This document shows, one piece after another, positions 61,707 through 64,000 of a stretch of 64,000 bases of DNA. A program made the translations under genes and the position numbers. The stretch covers positions 608,001 through 672,000 of the forward strand of contig CAXXLZ010000002.1 of assembly GCA_963675595.2 (NCBI GenBank). Reading direction: 5' to 3'. The stretch comes from Thermodesulfobacteriota bacterium. Its GTDB lineage: Bacteria > Desulfobacterota > Desulfarculia > JACQYL01. Under the pieces are notes generated by a model, which saw nothing but the letters and a program-made list of their open reading frames with translations, was not told the DNA's origin and did not search any database. Numbering within the stretch: the stretch's first letter is position 1; each line of letters opens with the position of its first letter.

Positions 61707-62849
61707 TCACGATTCCAGTGCACCCTGCACAAGACGACGCCCTATTCTTCCGGTCATATGTAAGGGGTGGATCAGGCAACGGTGGGGCCATGCGCTCCTG
61801 TTCGGACCCAACCCGTGGTAAAGTCTCAGCCACCAGTCGGATGGAAAAAACAGCTCCTTGTAAGAACGGAAGGCTCCCAGCCGCCTTACTACTTCCTTCC
61901 AGGGTGGAGAGCAGTCACGGAGGTCGGGCGTCATCGGTGGTCCGTCGGAAAAGCCGAGCAAATGCCTCAACTCATCCGGCAAAGGCCAACTCCGGTCGAG
62001 CAGTTCGAGCGTGTTCACTACCAGAGGCGACTCCTCCGCCGTCTTTGTCCAATCAATCCGACGGTAATAGCGCCGAGCCGTGAGCACAATGTCCAGCAAC
62101 CAGATCAGGGGAATCTTGAATACGGCATGGTCACACAAGTGGTGGCAAAGGTGCCACAGCATCCATTCCGGAGGCAGGGTTCGGGCGGGGACCCCACCCC
62201 GGGAAAGCTCGAAGTTCAAGGCGCGGTCCGGGCGACGATCCGGTACACGGCTACCGGGCACCTGCGGACGGGAAAGGCTGTGATGCAACTCGACCACCAC
62301 CTTCAACCCGTTCACCTCACATTGAAGCTCGGGAAGGTGTCTTTCGCGGTGTAAGCCGCCCAAACCATGTTCCAGCGGAAAGACATCGATACCGATGCCG
62401 GATAAGACCTCTTTGGCCTGCTCCAGTTGGGACGGATGAATCAACAGATCCAGATCGCTCATGGGCCGTAAATGCGGGTGATCGTAGACCAGATGCCCCA
62501 GTGCCGCACCCTTCAGCAGAAGAACATCGAGTCCCACCTCTGCGGCCGGCCTCAGAATGCGCCTCAGCACCGTGTTTTGCGCTTCGGACAAATCCCGCCG
62601 CCGCAAGTAGACCCCCTGCAAAGCGAGCCGAAGTTCGGGCTTCAGCTCCGCCTTCAGGTGCCGCACCAAATGATAGAGCAGGGCCCCCAATCCGTGCCTT
62701 TCGGCAACGCTTAGAAAGGCCACGGGGTCCACTTGATTCAGGCCGGAAACCAAGGCTTCCAAAGCCTGCTCCGGGGGCGAATCGAGCGGCACCAATCCTG
62801 CGGCCGTTATCAGCAGTTCCTCATGCGTTCGGCGAATATCATCGTGCAA
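61707..62849 (-). CDS. Nucleotidyltransferase family protein (NTP_transf_5-like)
   Basis: LLLKGAAL..Y...RPMSDLDLLI, VELHH, HLCHH, WLLDI. Confidence 0.87.
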   Translation of the reverse strand: MHDDIRRTHEELLITAAGLVPLDSPPEQALEALVSGLNQVDPVAFLSVAERHGLGALLYHLVRHLKAELKPELRLALQGVYLRRRDLSEAQNTVLRRILRPAAEVGLDVLLLKGAALGHLVYDHPHLRPMSDLDLLIHPSQLEQAKEVLSGIGIDVFPLEHGLGGLHRERHLPELQCEVNGLKVVVELHHSLSRPQVPGSRVPDRRPDRALNFELSRGGVPARTLPPEWMLWHLCHHLCDHAVFKIPLIWLLDIVLTARRYYRRIDWTKTAEESPLVVNTLELLDRSWPLPDELRHLLGFSDGPPMTPDLRDCSPPWKEVVRRLGAFRSYKELFFPSDWWLRLYHGLGPNRSAWPHRCLIHPLHMTGRIGRRLVQGALES

Positions 62850-62894
62850 AGATGCGATCTCCGTGCGTGCAGGGATTGCGCTCCGAGGGACCCG

Positions 62895-62924
62895 GCAGGC
62901 TGCCGCAACCGGCTTTTTTCAACG
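62895..62924. repeat. Partial copy of the MITE right end and flank seen near 40487-40515
   Basis: GCAGGCTGCCGCAACCGGCTTTTTTCAACG vs GCAGCCTGCCGCAACCGGCTTTTTTCAACG (one mismatch). Confidence 0.7.
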
Positions 62925-63315
62925 AGCGGATAGAGTCGCGGATGGTCCTCGCGCTCCTTCCAACCTGGACTCGAAAAGGCGCACTTTGTGAACGGCCGGT
63001 ATCTCGGGCATCTTCAAGCCTTGCCGATCGGTGAGCCGACTATGGGCGAAAGCGAAGCATCTCTCGGGAAGACCGCCGGGGCCCGTGCCGAGATTTCAAT
63101 ACTTCTTAGACCGGCTCACTCTTGTCTGCAAACGCAAAATACTCAAGGCGAAAGCGTCTACTGCGGTTTGAGGGGGTCCAGGCTCAATTCGGTTCCGGAT
63201 TCGCTGAGCCCGCGATCCGAATCCCCGAGTGTTTTGGGAGGGTGAGCCGCGACGGCCGCGGCAGGAGAAAGGAAAAGGAAGGGAACAAAGGAAAGGATAC
63301 GAACAAGGGATGCGC

Positions 63316-63582
63316 TCAGCCGCCGTCCAACACTGGGAACAAGCCCACGAGATCCCCCTCCGTCAGTAGGCGATCCGATGGGGACGGTTCACGATTGACC
63401 AAGATCATCGTCACTTCTTCCGGCGGCAACCCGAGAATTTCGATAAGGCGCTTCACGGTGCACCCTTCCTCGACTTCGACTTCCAGGTCTCCATCGGGTG
63501 GGGGAAACGGCAGATGTCTCTTCAGGGAAGGAGCGATATCCACACGGATGGAAGGGCGTTTTCGCGGATTATCTTCAGACAT
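63316..63582 (-). CDS. MoaD/ThiS-family sulfur carrier
   Basis: Ubiquitin-like size, ILVN, GDLVGLFP, C-terminal GG. Confidence 0.88.
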   Translation of the reverse strand: MSEDNPRKRPSIRVDIAPSLKRHLPFPPPDGDLEVEVEEGCTVKRLIEILGLPPEEVTMILVNREPSPSDRLLTEGDLVGLFPVLDGG

Positions 63583-63756
63583 GTTCCTTCCGCATAACGG
63601 ACCGTCGGGAACGCGACCCGAAACGTTACACTTCGTCGCTCGGCGGTGTTGAAGCGGGTTCCTTCAGGCAGGCACTCAAAAGGAAACCGGCTGAAGTCGT
63701 TCCGATTCTTCCGGAGGAACGGCAGACAATATTTCCCGACCTACGGACTTGAGAGT

Positions 63757-63999
63757 CTATTTCTCGGGAGGCACGCCCTGATCATCCCAGCCTCGAACAC
63801 GGTAGTAGTCTTTCATCAACCGCTTCATCTGATCCTCGGTAATGACTTTGCCGGTTTCAGGCAAGGCTTCCGCATAAAAGCGTTTGGGCAGCAAATCCTC
63901 TTCCGGTGTCAGGCCCTCTCTCAAGTTGAAGCGACGCGTGTCATCGGTGATTCCCCCGGCCACGCCCCTTAGTTCCTCTTTGGTGAAATGCAGGCCGGT
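63757..63999 (-). CDS. Aldehyde:ferredoxin oxidoreductase, C-terminal part (runs off the window)
   Basis: TGLHFTKEEL..RRFNLREG..EDLLPKRF..YYRVRGWDDQGVP; adjacent MoaD. Confidence 0.85.
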   Translation of the reverse strand, partial: TGLHFTKEELRGVAGGITDDTRRFNLREGLTPEEDLLPKRFYAEALPETGKVITEDQMKRLMKDYYRVRGWDDQGVPPEK

Positions 64000-64000
64000 G

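Noticed and set aside
55757-62849. Conventional lasso peptide or PQQ biosynthesis cluster
   Set aside because: No lasso cyclase, B2 peptidase, short precursor, or pqqB/C/E genes are visible.

Overview
GC-rich bacterial DNA whose gene content suggests an anaerobic Desulfobacterota (deltaproteobacterial) genome; the taxonomy is inference. 1-24.9 kb is mostly core: M1 peptidase/ChaN, larE, a CBS-ACT protein, pyrG-kdsA-kdsC-lptCAB-rpoN-hpf-ptsN-rapZ, an incomplete mannose-type PTS, rimI, a giant PPDK-like protein, two GAPDH genes, pgk-tpiA-secG and tRNA-Leu(GAG). 25-40 kb is accessory: two sensor kinases, a GntR-TRAP-MatB (malonate-type) unit, an orphan vsr-dcm pair and a nitroreductase-like protein. 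40.7-50.1 kb is a cobalamin-riboswitch-controlled anaerobic benzimidazole operon (bzaF-bzaC-bzaD-bzaE-cobT). An IS sits exactly between the last sense codon and the original stop of bzaC. The best candidate for an undescribed system is 50.2-62.9 kb. It holds a sulfotransferase, an IPTL-CTERM surface protein, a Tat-signal protein with a lasso-leader-like WxxPxV motif, a four-domain glycosyltransferase (GT1+GT32+GT2+GT62-like), a stand-alone PqqD/RRE, an HprK-like kinase and a nucleotidyltransferase, but no lasso cyclase or peptidase. This suggests RRE-guided phospho-glycosylation of an exported protein. The window ends in a MoaD/ThiS gene and the 3' end of an aldehyde:ferredoxin oxidoreductase. 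All family calls come from motifs recognised by eye; no database search was run.
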